Assembly: GCA_015231175.1 (NCBI GenBank)
Contig: JADGBZ010000010.1
Span: 15,048-79,047, forward strand
From: Magnetococcales bacterium
GTDB lineage: Bacteria > Pseudomonadota > Magnetococcia > Magnetococcales > DC0425bin3
Direction of reading: 5' to 3'
Length of the DNA stretch: 64,000 nucleotides
Below, one piece after another: positions 21,204 to 32,952 of this stretch (the first letter of the stretch is position 1; each line of letters starts with the position of its first letter). Both the position numbers and the translations under genes were made by a program. The notes below the pieces were generated by a model. The model saw nothing but the letters and a program-made list of their open reading frames with translations. It did not search any database and was not told the origin of the DNA.

Positions 21204-21773
21204 TTATTTTCCCAACCAGAAACCAAACATTTGACGACGACTGACCGGACGCTGCAAGCGATCAGAGACGGACCGCGCACCCGGATGCTGCGATGGACCC
21301 ATGGCACGCGCCGCAGCGAAGGCCTCCTCTATCGTGTCAAATTCTTGCACCGAGTGCAAGAGGGTTTCGACAAAATAGTGGCCTGTCTCGGGTTCCAGAC
21401 CCACCAAAACCGGCTTCAAGTTACCTTGCACCCGCAGCAGAAGCCCCTGTCCTTTGGCCACTTTCCCGTCTGCATCACCCTCTGGAGGGTAGGCTGAGAC
21501 GATCCATAGATCGGTTGGCCGATTGGGTGGGTGCCAATAGATACGCTCCACCCCCCACGGGGAAACCAGCAAAGCTCGCGCCAATTCGTCAGAGTCCGGG
21601 GCGCTCTCCATACGGGTCACGACCGGCAGGCGCAGATTGAGGCCGGTCGACTCTACACCATCGACCTCAGCCTGTGCCAGCATTTCCCGCAGCATCCGTT
21701 CCGAAGCAACCTGGATGGCAACAGGATCGGGCCAACGGAACTCCCAACGGGGGGTGGGTTCGGTGCACGTCAT
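21204..21773 (-). CDS. HybE/HupJ-like [NiFe]-hydrogenase assembly chaperone (divergent)
   Basis: Strong SD GGAGGTGA; LVSPW motif and C-terminal SRRQMF pseudo-Tat motif typical of HybE. Confidence 0.55.
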   Translation of the reverse strand: MTCTEPTPRWEFRWPDPVAIQVASERMLREMLAQAEVDGVESTGLNLRLPVVTRMESAPDSDELARALLVSPWGVERIYWHPPNRPTDLWIVSAYPPEGDADGKVAKGQGLLLRVQGNLKPVLVGLEPETGHYFVETLLHSVQEFDTIEEAFAAARAMGPSQHPGARSVSDRLQRPVSRRQMFGFWLGK

Positions 21774-21814
21774 GCCATCACCTCCCCTCGCATGGCGAGC
21801 ATCTGGACAAGGGG

Positions 21815-22810
21815 TTAAAAAAACGTGCCATCGATGGGGGAAGAGGCTGCGGCATGCGTCCGGCGCGGCATGCGTCCGGCCAAGAAAGCTTCTCGCCCAG
21901 CCTGTATGGCCAACTTCATGGCGGTAGCCATGCGGACCGGATCCTGGGCCTCGGCAATGGCTGTATTCATCAAAACGCCATCGCACCCAAGCTCCATGGC
22001 AATCGCCGCGTCCGAAGCGGTGCCCACCCCGGCATCCACCAGAACCGGAATGCGCGCCTGCTCGACAATCATGCGAATGGTCCAGGGGTTGCGGATACCC
22101 AGACCGGAACCGATGGGCGCCGCCAAAGGCATGACAGCCACACACCCCATCTCCTCGAAACGTTGACACATGTGCGGGTCATCCGTGGTGTACACCATCA
22201 CCTTGAACCCCTCGGCAATAAGGGTCTTGGCAGCCAAAAGGGTCTCCGGGTTGTTGGGCCAGAGAAATTTTGGATCGGAAAGAACCTCAAGCTTGACCAG
22301 ATCCCAGCCACCAGCTTCCCGGGCCAGGCGGAGAGTGCGCACTGCCTCGTCGGCGTTGTAGCAACCCGCCGTGTTGGGAAGATAGGTGAACTTTTTCGGG
22401 TCGAGATGGTCGGTCAGCATGGGGGCCTTGGGATCCGTGATATTGACCCGACGCACAGCCACAGTGACAATCTCGGCACCCGAAGCGTTGATGGCGCGCA
22501 CCGTTTCGTCAAAATCCTTGTACTTTCCCGTTCCCACCAGCAGACGGCTGTGATAGGTCCGGCCAGCCAACAGCAAGGGATCCCCGGGGGCAACGCTCTT
22601 AGGTTTCGGGGCTCCCCCGCCAATGAAATGAACCACTTCCAACCGGTCTCCATCGTTGAGGCGGGTATCGGCAAAACGGTCCTTTCTGACCACCTCCAGG
22701 TTTTTCTCCACAGCAACTCTTTGGCTGTCGAGTTGCAGGGTTTGCAACATGTCCGCGATGGTGCTTCCGGAGGGAAAATCGCGGGTTTCACCGTTGAGTA
22801 TGACGTTCAT
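21815..22810 (-). CDS. thiG: ThiS-ThiG fusion (sulfur carrier + thiazole synthase)
   Basis: ThiS part NGE...VAVEKN...EVVHFIGGG; ThiG part [29 protein letters not shown]. Confidence 0.92.
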   Translation of the reverse strand: MNVILNGETRDFPSGSTIADMLQTLQLDSQRVAVEKNLEVVRKDRFADTRLNDGDRLEVVHFIGGGAPKPKSVAPGDPLLLAGRTYHSRLLVGTGKYKDFDETVRAINASGAEIVTVAVRRVNITDPKAPMLTDHLDPKKFTYLPNTAGCYNADEAVRTLRLAREAGGWDLVKLEVLSDPKFLWPNNPETLLAAKTLIAEGFKVMVYTTDDPHMCQRFEEMGCVAVMPLAAPIGSGLGIRNPWTIRMIVEQARIPVLVDAGVGTASDAAIAMELGCDGVLMNTAIAEAQDPVRMATAMKLAIQAGREAFLAGRMPRRTHAAASSPIDGTFF

Positions 22811-23070
22811 GACCGGCATCTGCTCCCTTGTGTGCAATGTCCAGGATGACCCAATCTCTCCTTCTGCATGTCAGGCGCGGAAGCATGGCGTGTTTTGGAG
22901 AAAAAATCAACGACACGGCATGACGAAACAGGGCAATCGCACTGGACCCCGAGTACGTAACCGGGCGGCAATTCAGGCGCCTGCTGTTTGCGAAATATGG
23001 AAGAAAGGGCCGATGGCGCGTTATGATGGGGGGAAAAGAGACGCCACGGCGAGAAGATTTGCGAGGCAGC

Positions 23071-23625
23071 ATGACAGAAAATTCGCAGGACGACATCACC
23101 CGAATAGTGGCCTTGATTCGGGATAACAAGGTGGAAGATGCCCGGCAACTGCTGGATCAGGCCAGCGAGCAATCTCCAGAGAGCGTGGCGCGATGGTATC
23201 TTTTCGCCCGCCTCCTGGTCTCATCCCTGGGTGAAAAGGAGATCGAGGAGCGCTTGTCGAGTTTTGGACGCGCCCCGGGACAGGCCTTTCGTACCGCGCT
23301 CGCTGCCCTGCAACGAGCCTTGCCGAGCGAGGTCCCTGCACCGGATCACCCGGAACTTTTGCGTCTCAAAAAATTTTTGGATCGCCTCCAAGGCGTCCCG
23401 CCCGAGCCGTTGCCGGCTCCCGTCGCCCTGGCGCGGTTGGAGGACTTTCTGCGCCGCGTGCAGACCCGTCGTGCGGCTGTTGCGTCATCGGTTGGGCCTG
23501 TGGAGACGCAGCCGCCAACATGGATCACACATGGCTTGCGACCGTTTCTTCCCGTGACGACGCTGTTGGCAAGCGTCATGGCCCACGGCCACGACCTGAA
23601 ACGAAGGGAGATCGACCGCATATGA
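23071..23625 (+). CDS. Hypothetical helical protein coupled to aroQ
   Basis: SD GAGG, ATGA overlap with aroQ. Confidence 0.55.
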   Translation: MTENSQDDITRIVALIRDNKVEDARQLLDQASEQSPESVARWYLFARLLVSSLGEKEIEERLSSFGRAPGQAFRTALAALQRALPSEVPAPDHPELLRLKKFLDRLQGVPPEPLPAPVALARLEDFLRRVQTRRAAVASSVGPVETQPPTWITHGLRPFLPVTTLLASVMAHGHDLKRREIDRI

Positions 23626-24086
23626 CCATTCCCCCGCTTTGGCGCATTCTGGTGTTGAATGGTCCAAACCTGAACATGCTCGGGCAACGCGAGGCAGGCA
23701 TCTATGGCGCCGACACCCTGGCGGATATCGAGAAGGCCTGCCGACATCACGGCGAAACCCTGAGAGCCGAGATCGTCTTCTTCCAGTCCAACCATGAAGG
23801 GGTGCTGGTCGAGCGGATCCAACAGTCGCTGGGGGTGTGCGATTTGATCATCATCAATCCGGCGGCGTTCACCCATACATCGGTTGCCATTCGCGACGCC
23901 CTGCTGGCCGTGGCATTGCCGGTGATCGAAGTGCATCTGAGCAACATCTTCAAGCGGGAACCATTCCGACACCACTCCTACATCCACGACATCGCCATCG
24001 GACAAATAACCGGGTTCGGCAAGGATGGCTATATCCTGGCGCTGGAAGGGGGTGTACGCTACCTTCGGCAGCATCGGCCCGGCTGA
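23622..24086 (+). CDS. aroQ: Type II 3-dehydroquinate dehydratase
   Basis: [35 protein letters not shown]. Confidence 0.96.
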   Translation: MTIPPLWRILVLNGPNLNMLGQREAGIYGADTLADIEKACRHHGETLRAEIVFFQSNHEGVLVERIQQSLGVCDLIIINPAAFTHTSVAIRDALLAVALPVIEVHLSNIFKREPFRHHSYIHDIAIGQITGFGKDGYILALEGGVRYLRQHRPG

Positions 24087-24135
24087 CCAGCCTGGGCCGC
24101 ACGTTGGATCTGTGAATACAGGGAGGAACGCAGAG

Positions 24136-24627
24136 ATGGACCTCAGGGAGATACGCCAACTCCTGAAAATGCTGGCCACGACCGATGTGGCCGAAATCGA
24201 GATCAAACAGGAGAACGGCGCCACAGTGCGGGTAACCCGGGACCGGGGTCAGTTTGCGCCCACCGTGCGGGCAGACGTTCTACCCTCCCCCGGTGAGATC
24301 GCAACAAGGTTTGCCATCTCCGGTCCGCCCGTCGGCGCGCCAGGATCCGCCCCCCCGGGTGTGTCCGGCGAAGAACGCTCGCCAACTGCCAAACTGGTGA
24401 CCTCACCCATGGTCGGCACCTTCTACAATGCCCCCTCCCCGGAGGCCCCCCCCTTCGTCAAACCGGGGGACTGGGTCAAAATGGGTGATACCCTGTGCAT
24501 CATCGAGGCCATGAAGTTGATGAATGAAATCGAAGCTGAAGTGGGTGGGCGCGTCCTGCAAATCCTCAAGGAAAATGCCACGCCCGTGGAGTACGGCGAA
24601 GAGTTGTTTCTCATCGAGCCCGGCTGA
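24136..24627 (+). CDS. accB: Biotin carboxyl carrier protein
   Basis: [17 protein letters not shown]. Confidence 0.96.
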   Translation: MDLREIRQLLKMLATTDVAEIEIKQENGATVRVTRDRGQFAPTVRADVLPSPGEIATRFAISGPPVGAPGSAPPGVSGEERSPTAKLVTSPMVGTFYNAPSPEAPPFVKPGDWVKMGDTLCIIEAMKLMNEIEAEVGGRVLQILKENATPVEYGEELFLIEPG

Positions 24628-24633
24628 CCCCTC

Positions 24634-25995
24634 ATGTTTAAAAAAATCCTGATTGCCAACCGAGGCGAGATTGCCCTGCGCATTCATCGGGCCTGCAAGG
24701 AGTTGGGGATTCAGACCGTGGCGGTGCATTCAGTGGCCGATGCCAACGCCCTGCACGTCATGTTGGCAGATGAAGCGGTGTGCATCGGACCGCCACCAGC
24801 CGCCGAATCCTACCTGAACATCAAATCCATCATGGCAGCTGCCGAGATCACCGACACCGAGGCCATTCATCCCGGATACGGCTTCCTCTCTGAAAACGCC
24901 GAATTTGCCGAAGTAGTCGCCGATTCTGGTTTGACCTTCATCGGCCCTACGGCGGCTGTCATCCGCCTGTTGGGCGACAAGGTCACGGCACGCGCATCCA
25001 TGATCGCGGCTGGCGTACCGGTGGTGCCCGGTTCGCCGGGAGTGGTCGAGAGTGACGATATGGCGTTGCAGGTAGCCCGGGATATCGGTTTTCCGGTCAT
25101 CATCAAGGCCTGCGGAGGGGGCGGAGGCCGCGGCATGAAAATTGTCCACACCGAAACCTCCCTGGCCAACGCCTGTTCCATCGCCCGCAACGAGGCGCGC
25201 CAATTTTTTGGCAATCCGCACATCTACATCGAAAAATTTCTTGAGGCGCCCCGTCACGTTGAAATACAAATCCTGGCCGACCAACACGGTCATGCCATTC
25301 ATCTAGGGGAACGGGATTGTTCCATCCAACGCCGACACCAGAAGGTGCTGGAAGAGGCGCCCTCGCCAGCCGTCGCTCCAGCTCAGCGGGAACAACTGGG
25401 CAGGTTGGCCTGCCAGGCCGCACTTGCCGTGGGTTATACAGGCGCCGGCACCTTCGAGTTTCTGTTGAGCGACGGTGGCTTTCACTTCCTGGAGGTCAAT
25501 ACCCGCATCCAGGTCGAGCACCCCATCACCGAAATGATCTCCGGCATCGATCTGGTCAAGCAACAAATCCGCATTGCCTTCGGTGAGCCTCTCCCCATCA
25601 ATCAGGAGGAGGTTCGCCTGCATGGGCACGCCATCGAATGCCGCATCAATGCCGAGGATCCGGAAACCTTTCTCCCCTCCCCAGGCTTGATCACCGAATA
25701 TCACGCCCCCGGCGGAGGAGGAGTCCGGGTTGAATCCGGGGCCTATGCCGGTTACCGCATACCACCCCATTATGACTCCATGATCGGCAAGCTGATCACC
25801 TATGGCGAGGATCGCAACGAAGCCATGGCCCGCATGCGCCGGGCCTTGGACGAATATGTCATCGGTGGTGTCGCCACGACCATCCCCCTGCACCGACGCA
25901 TTCTCCAGGATAGTGAGTTCTGTCGCGGAAAATACACGCTCCATTTTCTGAACCGCTTCCTGCAACCAAGAAAACCAGATAAAAGAAAACCCTGA
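24634..25995 (+). CDS. accC: Biotin carboxylase
   Basis: [36 protein letters not shown]. Confidence 0.97.
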   Translation: MFKKILIANRGEIALRIHRACKELGIQTVAVHSVADANALHVMLADEAVCIGPPPAAESYLNIKSIMAAAEITDTEAIHPGYGFLSENAEFAEVVADSGLTFIGPTAAVIRLLGDKVTARASMIAAGVPVVPGSPGVVESDDMALQVARDIGFPVIIKACGGGGGRGMKIVHTETSLANACSIARNEARQFFGNPHIYIEKFLEAPRHVEIQILADQHGHAIHLGERDCSIQRRHQKVLEEAPSPAVAPAQREQLGRLACQAALAVGYTGAGTFEFLLSDGGFHFLEVNTRIQVEHPITEMISGIDLVKQQIRIAFGEPLPINQEEVRLHGHAIECRINAEDPETFLPSPGLITEYHAPGGGGVRVESGAYAGYRIPPHYDSMIGKLITYGEDRNEAMARMRRALDEYVIGGVATTIPLHRRILQDSEFCRGKYTLHFLNRFLQPRKPDKRKP

Positions 25996-26019
25996 CCATT
26001 CAGCTATCTTCCAAAAAAA

Positions 26020-26167
26020 GTCTCCATTCAACACCCTCTCAAGAAGAGCTCGGATATGAAAGCCTTGGTCAGGGCTTCGCCCCGAACCCCACCAGGACGC
26101 TGTCTCAGGCCCTGCCAGGGAGCCAGCCCCCTGGATCCCGATGGGTTGCCGGGCGATGAATAGTTAC
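26020..26167 (+). repeat. Type-A repeat, copy 3
   Basis: GTCTCCATTCAACACCC ... CCCCTGGATCCCGAT ... GAATAGTTAC. Confidence 0.85.
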
Positions 26168-26192
26168 GAAAAATGACCCATCGGAGGGCGCG

Positions 26193-26762
26193 ATGCAGCA
26201 GCCAAAAAAATTCCGCCATCACCCTGGTGGCCCACGGCCAGAAGAGCATTTTACCCTGCTGATCGATCCGCAGCACTTGCAGGAGCGGGTCGTTGAGTTG
26301 GCCAGCCAGATCGAGGCGGACATGGCCGGCCTGGATCCGGTTCTGGTGGTGATCTTGAAAGGGGGCATCCTGTTCGGGGTGGATCTGCTGCGGGCCATGA
26401 AACAACCCTGGCCTGTTGTCTTCCTTCCCCGCCGCCCGCCCAAAACACCCGATTGGATCACCCTGGAGGACCAAAAATTGCTGCATGGGCGGAATCTGGT
26501 GGTGGTCGATGGCATCCTGGATGATGGCAACAGCCTCTCTCTTTTGTTGCAGCGCCTGCAATTCCTGGCGCCTGCCTCGGTGCGTCTGGGCGTCTTGCTG
26601 CACAGAACCGTCAGCCATGCCCTGCCCTTGCCCATCACCTGGGTGGGATTTGAGGTACCCCATTTGCGCGTGACCGGCTATGGCCTGGACGAGGGAGAAC
26701 GGTTTCGTGGTCTGCCAGGCATTTTTACCTGGATTGAAACCCACTCCACCGAAAACGGATAA
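26193..26762 (+). CDS. Hypoxanthine phosphoribosyltransferase-like protein (divergent)
   Basis: ILKGG, VVVDGILDDGNSL PRPP-loop variant, GYGLD..ERFRGLP. Confidence 0.75.
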   Translation: MQQPKKFRHHPGGPRPEEHFTLLIDPQHLQERVVELASQIEADMAGLDPVLVVILKGGILFGVDLLRAMKQPWPVVFLPRRPPKTPDWITLEDQKLLHGRNLVVVDGILDDGNSLSLLLQRLQFLAPASVRLGVLLHRTVSHALPLPITWVGFEVPHLRVTGYGLDEGERFRGLPGIFTWIETHSTENG

Positions 26763-26785
26763 AATGATGGAATGAGAATGCGATC

Positions 26786-29581
26786 ATGAAAACACGCGGA
26801 TTGAGTATCAAGGGCAAACTTTTCCTGGCCTTTCTGGCGCCGATCATCATCCTCTCCGGGATCAACGTCTGGGGATTCGTGGCCACGCAAGCCATCTCGT
26901 CCCAGACCGATGTTCTCAAACAAGAGGGCATTGCCCTGGCCATGGTGGCGCGGGATTTGGAACGCGATGTCATCCAGGTCCAACAATACTTGTCGGACGT
27001 TTCGGCGACCCGTGGCCGGGATGGCTTGAACGACGGGTTTGACGAGGCCGAAAAGAGTGCCCGCTCCTTCAAGGCAGGATTGGATCGCTTCCGAAAACAT
27101 GCCGAGCAAGCCGGGGACCAGGCCTCCCTGCGCAGCGTCGAAGAGATCGCCACACGCTTCGCCGCCTACTATACCCTGGGTCAAAAAATGGCCCATGACT
27201 ACGTCGATGGCGGTCCCGATGCGGGAAATCGGCAAATGGCCTCTTTCGACAAAGAGGCAGAAGCCCTGGGAGAAGTTTTGCAACCTTTTGTCGCCCAACG
27301 CATGGTCTTTGGCAATCAGTTACTGGATCAGTCCGTTGGTGGCATCAAAAATTTACGGAATGGCATGACCGGTTTGTTGATCGTTGCCATGGCCATGGTT
27401 GTGATTTTGGGGTGGCTGGTCATGCGTACCCTGTCGGTCTCCCTGGACCAGGTCGAGGCGTCGGTCCATGCCTTGGCCCGTGGCGACTTGACGGCCAGGG
27501 TTCCTGACCTGGGGGACAACAACGAGATTGGCCGGGTAGGCAAGCGCATCAACGCCATGGCGGATGGCATGAAGCGTTTGATGTCCCTGATCACGCTGCA
27601 TTCGGGCAGCATCACCGCCTGTGCCTCAGAACTGATCAAAATCAGGGAGTTTGTAAGCGCCGATGCCAGGGACTCCCAGGCGGTGGTGGAACGGGTGTCG
27701 GACAAGAACGGAGCGCTTGCCCACGAAATCACCCAGGTCAAGGAGGCGATCATCCGGGCCACGGAGGCGTTGCACAGCATCTCGTCGGCTGCCCAGCAGG
27801 TTTCCGACAATGTTTTCGTGATCGCCGCAGGTTCGGAGGAGGCCAGCAGCAACATCACCACCGTGGCGGCGGCAGCCGAAGAGATCACAGCCAACATCTC
27901 CGGGGTGAACAACAACCTGGCCCAGGTCAACCAGTCGGTGATGTTTGTGACACACTCCATCCAGGAGATCACCGGGGCATTCGAGGCCATCCGCCAGCGT
28001 TGCGTGGCCGCCAACAAGGAGTCCATGCAGACCAACCAGCATGCCCACGCCACCCGGAAAGTGATGCAAAAGTTGTCCGACTCGGCCCGTGAAATCGGTG
28101 ACGTGGTCACGGTCATCAATCACATCGCCGGTCAGACCAACATGTTGGCCCTGAACGCATCCATCGAGGCAGCCGGAGCGGGAGAGGCAGGCAAGGGGTT
28201 TTCGGTGGTGGCCAACGAGGTCAAGGATCTGGCCCAGAAAACTGCCAATGCCACCCGGATGATCTCTGAAAAAACCTTGGAGATTCAGGCTATCACGACA
28301 GAGGTTTCCATCGCGAACGAAGAAATTGTCGCCAGTGTCGAACGGATCAACAGGGCCAATTCGGCCATCACCTCCTCGGTGGATGACCAGTCAAAAACCA
28401 TCTGCGATATCGCCAGCTCCATGAACAGCGTGTCAGACGCATCCAGCGAAGTGACCCGCAACGCCCAGGAGTTGAATGTGGCCGCCCAGGATGTCGCCAG
28501 AGCCGCAGCGGAGGCAGCCACCGGTACCAGCGAAATCGCCCGCTCTGCCGCCGAGGTCGCCAACTCCTCCCAGCAGGTGGCCAATTCGAGCAAAGAAGCC
28601 CTGGATATGGCCAACGCCATCCTGACGGCGGCACAAACGACCGAAAACGAATCCTCGATCGTGCAGCAGGAGATGGTCAAGGCCAACCGGATCGCCGATC
28701 TGATGCGCGGATCGGCTGCGCATTTTGCTCGTATGGGAACCGTTCTCCAGGATATGAGCAACGCCCTCTATGCCGCCCAGATGGAGTTGGACATCGGAAC
28801 GCCACTCTTCAACATTCGTGATATCAAGGAGTACTATCTCTCCTGGCAAAGCAACCTGGAACAGGTGCTCTCCGGGCGCATTCAGTTATCCAGGGCGCAA
28901 CTCCCCTCCCCCCAGGAGTCCGCTTTGGGAACCTGGTTGCAAAATGAGGGGCGGGTCCACTTGACCTCGTCAGCTGCCTGCAAACATGTTGAAACACTCC
29001 AACCCAAACTGCACGAACTGATCGAAAAAATCGTCACTGCGGCTTCGCAAGAGGGAGGAGACGCCGCTCCGGCCAGTGAAAGGTATTTTGCCGAATTCTT
29101 GACCACCTGCAAACAGATGTTTCAATACCTGGACCAATTGTTCCTGCAAGATGCCACGCCGGATGGAGAGGAACGACTGTTTTTCCCCTGGGATGATCAA
29201 CTGAACACCGGCCTGTCGGAGATCGACAATGACCACCGCAAACTGGTGAATATGGTCAATGACCTCCACGCAGCCATGCAACGCGGCGAAGGAAGCGTGG
29301 CCATCAGCGCCATTCTCAGAAGGTTGGCCGAATATACCCAATTTCATTTTGGCCGGGAGGAGCAGTATTTCACCCAGTACGGATACCCGGAAACCGAAGC
29401 CCACAAGGCCGCGCACAGGAAGCTTCTGGAATCGGTTACCGAACTGATCAAACGTTTTGAATCCGGCAAGTTCTCGGTGGCCATCGACCTGCTGGCTTTC
29501 GCCAAAAGCTGGCTGGTCGATCACATCATGAAGACCGACATGCGCTACGTCCCGTACCTCAAGGAGAAAGGTGTGACGTAG
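26786..29581 (+). CDS. Methyl-accepting chemotaxis protein with C-terminal CZB-like and bacteriohemerythrin domains
   Basis: 2 [37 protein letters not shown]; hemerythrin [26 protein letters not shown]. Confidence 0.9.
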   Translation: MKTRGLSIKGKLFLAFLAPIIILSGINVWGFVATQAISSQTDVLKQEGIALAMVARDLERDVIQVQQYLSDVSATRGRDGLNDGFDEAEKSARSFKAGLDRFRKHAEQAGDQASLRSVEEIATRFAAYYTLGQKMAHDYVDGGPDAGNRQMASFDKEAEALGEVLQPFVAQRMVFGNQLLDQSVGGIKNLRNGMTGLLIVAMAMVVILGWLVMRTLSVSLDQVEASVHALARGDLTARVPDLGDNNEIGRVGKRINAMADGMKRLMSLITLHSGSITACASELIKIREFVSADARDSQAVVERVSDKNGALAHEITQVKEAIIRATEALHSISSAAQQVSDNVFVIAAGSEEASSNITTVAAAAEEITANISGVNNNLAQVNQSVMFVTHSIQEITGAFEAIRQRCVAANKESMQTNQHAHATRKVMQKLSDSAREIGDVVTVINHIAGQTNMLALNASIEAAGAGEAGKGFSVVANEVKDLAQKTANATRMISEKTLEIQAITTEVSIANEEIVASVERINRANSAITSSVDDQSKTICDIASSMNSVSDASSEVTRNAQELNVAAQDVARAAAEAATGTSEIARSAAEVANSSQQVANSSKEALDMANAILTAAQTTENESSIVQQEMVKANRIADLMRGSAAHFARMGTVLQDMSNALYAAQMELDIGTPLFNIRDIKEYYLSWQSNLEQVLSGRIQLSRAQLPSPQESALGTWLQNEGRVHLTSSAACKHVETLQPKLHELIEKIVTAASQEGGDAAPASERYFAEFLTTCKQMFQYLDQLFLQDATPDGEERLFFPWDDQLNTGLSEIDNDHRKLVNMVNDLHAAMQRGEGSVAISAILRRLAEYTQFHFGREEQYFTQYGYPETEAHKAAHRKLLESVTELIKRFESGKFSVAIDLLAFAKSWLVDHIMKTDMRYVPYLKEKGVT

Positions 29582-29630
29582 CAAACCAGTGGTACACCCG
29601 GCTTTTGGCGTCGAAAATGCGCTTCGTCGT

Positions 29631-30875
29631 CTACGTTTTTTCATCCATGGGGATGGCGACGCGCACCTGTAAAATGCGCCGCCGGGTGACGCGGACGATG
29701 GTCACTTCCAATCCATCGATGACAAACCGTTCGGTTGCCGTCGGAATCCTTTGGACATGCTCCAAAATCCACAGGCTGATGATATCGGAGGGTTTGCCGC
29801 TGAGCGTTTTGCCGAAATACTCGGCCAGGGAGCGAACCTCCACCGTACCCTCGACCAGCAACTCCCCTTCGCGCACCTCCTGGATGCTTTCGGGGGGTTT
29901 ATCCAGTTCGTCATAAATCTCCCCGACCAACTCTTCCAGCATATCCTCCAGGGTGAAGAGCCCCTGGAGCTGGCCAAACTCGTCCACAACGATGACGGTC
30001 TGTTTCTTGGTGCCTCGGAGGGTGTTGAACAGGGCATCAACAGGCTGGTTGAGGGGAACAAAAAGCGGGTTTTGAGCAATTTCTTCAAGGGTCTTGTCCC
30101 AGTTACCCTGGGCCGCTTCGACAAGGATCTCCCGCAGATGGGCGACACGATGAATTTCATCCTTGAGACCGGTATGGAGCGGCACCCGGGAGTGAGGGTG
30201 CTCCAAAAACTCTGGCAGGGCCTCGCGAATGGTCAATGAACCATTCAAGGAGAAGATGCGGTGACGGGGAATCATGACATCTTCGGCGCGCAGATCATCA
30301 AAGGCGAAGATCCGTTGGATCATGATGTGTTCATCGCGTTCAATGCTGCCCTCGGCGGCACCATGTCGCGCCATGGAGATGAGTTCGGATTCGGTCACCG
30401 TGGGATCGATTTGCGCTGGACTCATTTTTTGCAGCCAGACAGTCAAATGCTCCATGAACCAGGTCATGGGCTTGGTCAGATGGATGAAAAACAACACAAA
30501 AGGCGCCACCCTGAGCGAGATGGTCACGGCGTAACGGGCGGCAAAGGTTTTAGGAACAATCTCACAAAGGAACAGGATGCCCAGGGTCAACACACCCACA
30601 ACGAAGCTGGTCCCCAGATCACCAAAATGCTTGTGCGCCAGAACGGTGGTGATGGCCGATGCAGCGATATTGACGACGGTGTTGCCGATCAGAAGCGTGA
30701 TCAGCAGGCGGTTGGTGTTGCTTTTGATGCGCGAAAGGGTGCGGGCGCCAGGACGGCCCTCCCGCAGCAAAACTTCGACACGGGCTGACGAGAGCGTGGT
30801 CAACGCCGTCTCGGACCCGGAGAAAAAAGCCGAGAAAAGCAGAAGGACGAGCAGTATCAAAATTTCACTGACCAT
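29631..30875 (-). CDS. CNNM/HlyC-CorC family (DUF21-CBS-CorC) protein
   Basis: FFSGSETA, EIVPK, HSRVP, VDEFG, TLEDMLEELVGEI. Confidence 0.92.
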   Translation of the reverse strand: MVSEILILLVLLLFSAFFSGSETALTTLSSARVEVLLREGRPGARTLSRIKSNTNRLLITLLIGNTVVNIAASAITTVLAHKHFGDLGTSFVVGVLTLGILFLCEIVPKTFAARYAVTISLRVAPFVLFFIHLTKPMTWFMEHLTVWLQKMSPAQIDPTVTESELISMARHGAAEGSIERDEHIMIQRIFAFDDLRAEDVMIPRHRIFSLNGSLTIREALPEFLEHPHSRVPLHTGLKDEIHRVAHLREILVEAAQGNWDKTLEEIAQNPLFVPLNQPVDALFNTLRGTKKQTVIVVDEFGQLQGLFTLEDMLEELVGEIYDELDKPPESIQEVREGELLVEGTVEVRSLAEYFGKTLSGKPSDIISLWILEHVQRIPTATERFVIDGLEVTIVRVTRRRILQVRVAIPMDEKT

Positions 30876-30920
30876 GGGAGGCGAATATGACCCTGAATTT
30901 GACGGATTGAAGGAACATGT

Positions 30921-31067
30921 GTAACCATTCAGCACCCGGTAACGAACAGGGGCCCAGAGAACTGGCTCCCTGGCGGGTCAAGAGCGGAGCCCTTGTGGGG
31001 TTCGGGGCGAAGCTCTGACAAAGGCTTTCATATCCAGGCTTTTCTTGAAAGGGTGCTGAACGGTTAC
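30921..31067 (-). repeat. Type-A repeat, copy 4 (best-preserved termini)
   Basis: 17-bp terminal IR GTAACCATTCAGCACCC / GGGTGCTGAACGGTTAC (1 mismatch), 147 bp. Confidence 0.9.
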
Positions 31068-31102
31068 CATTTTTTGTGTTTCAGATGTGCGGATACGGTC
31101 GA

Positions 31103-31897
31103 TCAGGGGAGGCCCGCACGGGCCGTTGCCACAGGCCCCTTTTCGCCATGACGCAACCGGTACCAAAGCATGCCGATATATTCATGCAAGGGAAGCCGCA
31201 TGCCGGCAGTGACCTTGGGAAGCCAATCACCCAGGGAGAGCCCGGGACGATGCATATTATAGGGTGTCGGCGCCGGCGTCACCAGGAAACCGACCTTTTC
31301 AAAAGCCCACACAGATCTGGGCATGTGAAAAGCCTGGGTCACCAGAATGATGTGCGCAATCGAGCTTCTAGCCAAAATTTGGCGTGAAAACAAAGCATTC
31401 TCCCATGTGTTGTTGCTTTTATCTTCCACCCACTGCACAGGGGTGTGCAGATCGGCCTCAAAAACTTTTTTCATCAACTCCGCTTCGGACACGGCTTCAT
31501 GGTCGGGGGAGCCCCCAGTGGCAAGGAGAGGAAGGCCGGTCCAGTCGCGCAGGCGGGCGGCATAGCGAACCCGGTCCATTCCGTCGCTTGTGAGCGTCGC
31601 ATCGCCAAGAAACCGGGACGGGGATTCACGACCGCTGCCCAGGACGACAATGGCCTGGGCAGGAGAGGATTTCACCTGCTCCAAAGTGAGAGGGTGGTAT
31701 CTCTCCAATCGAGTCGAGAGATAATACGCCGGCGCCTGAATGGTCGAGATGTAGAGCAAAAGGGCGCCAAAGACCAGAACAACGCGCGCAAGACGTGTAT
31801 GGCGAGGAATCAACCACCAGACGAGGGCCAGTACGACCAGAACCAAACCAGGAGGCAAGACAAGAGAACTCAGAACAGGGAGCAACACAGCGCTCAT
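31103..31897 (-). CDS. YdcF/ElyC (DUF218) family protein
   Basis: IVVLGSG, TGG, SEA, SNNTWENA, LVTQAFHMPR, HEYIG. Confidence 0.9.
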   Translation of the reverse strand: MSAVLLPVLSSLVLPPGLVLVVLALVWWLIPRHTRLARVVLVFGALLLYISTIQAPAYYLSTRLERYHPLTLEQVKSSPAQAIVVLGSGRESPSRFLGDATLTSDGMDRVRYAARLRDWTGLPLLATGGSPDHEAVSEAELMKKVFEADLHTPVQWVEDKSNNTWENALFSRQILARSSIAHIILVTQAFHMPRSVWAFEKVGFLVTPAPTPYNMHRPGLSLGDWLPKVTAGMRLPLHEYIGMLWYRLRHGEKGPVATARAGLP

Positions 31898-32952
31898 GGC
31901 CCATCCGCCACATGGTCTGGGAGACAACGCCGCGCCCGCGGGTGGGCCGCATCGTAGATGGAAGCCAGATGGGTCAGATCCAGGTGGGTGTAGCGTTGCG
32001 TCGTCGAGAGCGAAGCATGTCCCAGCATCTCCTGGAGGGCACGCAAGTCCGCGCCGGCCTGAAGGAGATGTGTTGCAAAGGCGTGGCGCAACGAATGGGG
32101 TGTGGTCTGCTCGGGCAAAGACAACTGACGCCGCAACCTTTCGATCAGGCGTTGGGCCTCCCGCGGATGGATGCGTCCCCTCTGCCGGCCAACGAATATC
32201 GCCCCTTCAAGCGGCAACCCGGGAAAAAATTGTTGCCTGGCATGCATATATTTTTCGATGGCCCGCGCAGCCCATGAACCAACCCGGACGATGCGTTCCT
32301 TGTTGCCCTTGCCCAAGACCCGTACCTCCTCCTGGCGCAGATCCAGGCCGGCAAGATCCAGAGCGCACAGTTCGCCGATACGCAAACCGGAACTGTACAA
32401 AAGTTCCAGAATGGCGGCATCGCGCAGAGCGCGCACCATCGGCCAGCCGGTGCAGGTGTCCGGCGTCGGTGCGGGGGCATCCAAAAGGCGTCCGGTGTCG
32501 GCCTCGCTGGGGGCACGAGGCAACCTTTTGGGCAATTTCGGCGTGTGGACGAGACGCGCCGGGTTGGTGGTCACCCAGCCCTCCCGCTCCAAAAAATGGT
32601 ACCAGGCCCGAATCGAAGCGATCCGGCGTTGCTGGGTGCTGCGCGCCAACCCCGTCCGATGCGCCATGCCCATGAAGGCACGCATATCCTCCTTGTCGAT
32701 CACGGGAAGATCCGCATCGGTCAAAACCCTCTGGTGACGGTCACGCCAGAAGGCGGCAAAGTGGTTCAGATCACGCCGATAGGCGGCGATGGTATGCGGC
32801 GAGTGGCGCCGCAAAACCAGGTGACGCAGAAACAGGTCACCGTGCGGCACCAGGATGGCGGAAGCCCCCGGTTCGGTCCCCTCCGGGAGAGTGGCATGAT
32901 CTCCAGGCGACTTCCCTGGATGCGACGGGGTGGGGGTATCAGCTTGGAACAT
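31894..32952 (-). CDS. xerC: Tyrosine recombinase XerC
   Basis: SPHTIAAYRRDL, YSSGLRIGE, GKGNKER, HSLRHAFATH, LGHASLSTTQRY; downstream of a DUF484 gene as is typical. Confidence 0.88.
   Translation of the reverse strand: MFQADTPTPSHPGKSPGDHATLPEGTEPGASAILVPHGDLFLRHLVLRRHSPHTIAAYRRDLNHFAAFWRDRHQRVLTDADLPVIDKEDMRAFMGMAHRTGLARSTQQRRIASIRAWYHFLEREGWVTTNPARLVHTPKLPKRLPRAPSEADTGRLLDAPAPTPDTCTGWPMVRALRDAAILELLYSSGLRIGELCALDLAGLDLRQEEVRVLGKGNKERIVRVGSWAARAIEKYMHARQQFFPGLPLEGAIFVGRQRGRIHPREAQRLIERLRRQLSLPEQTTPHSLRHAFATHLLQAGADLRALQEMLGHASLSTTQRYTHLDLTHLASIYDAAHPRARRCLPDHVADGP

Noticed and set aside
22820-23070. TPP riboswitch upstream of thiS-thiG
   Set aside because: The conserved CUGAGA motif was not found.
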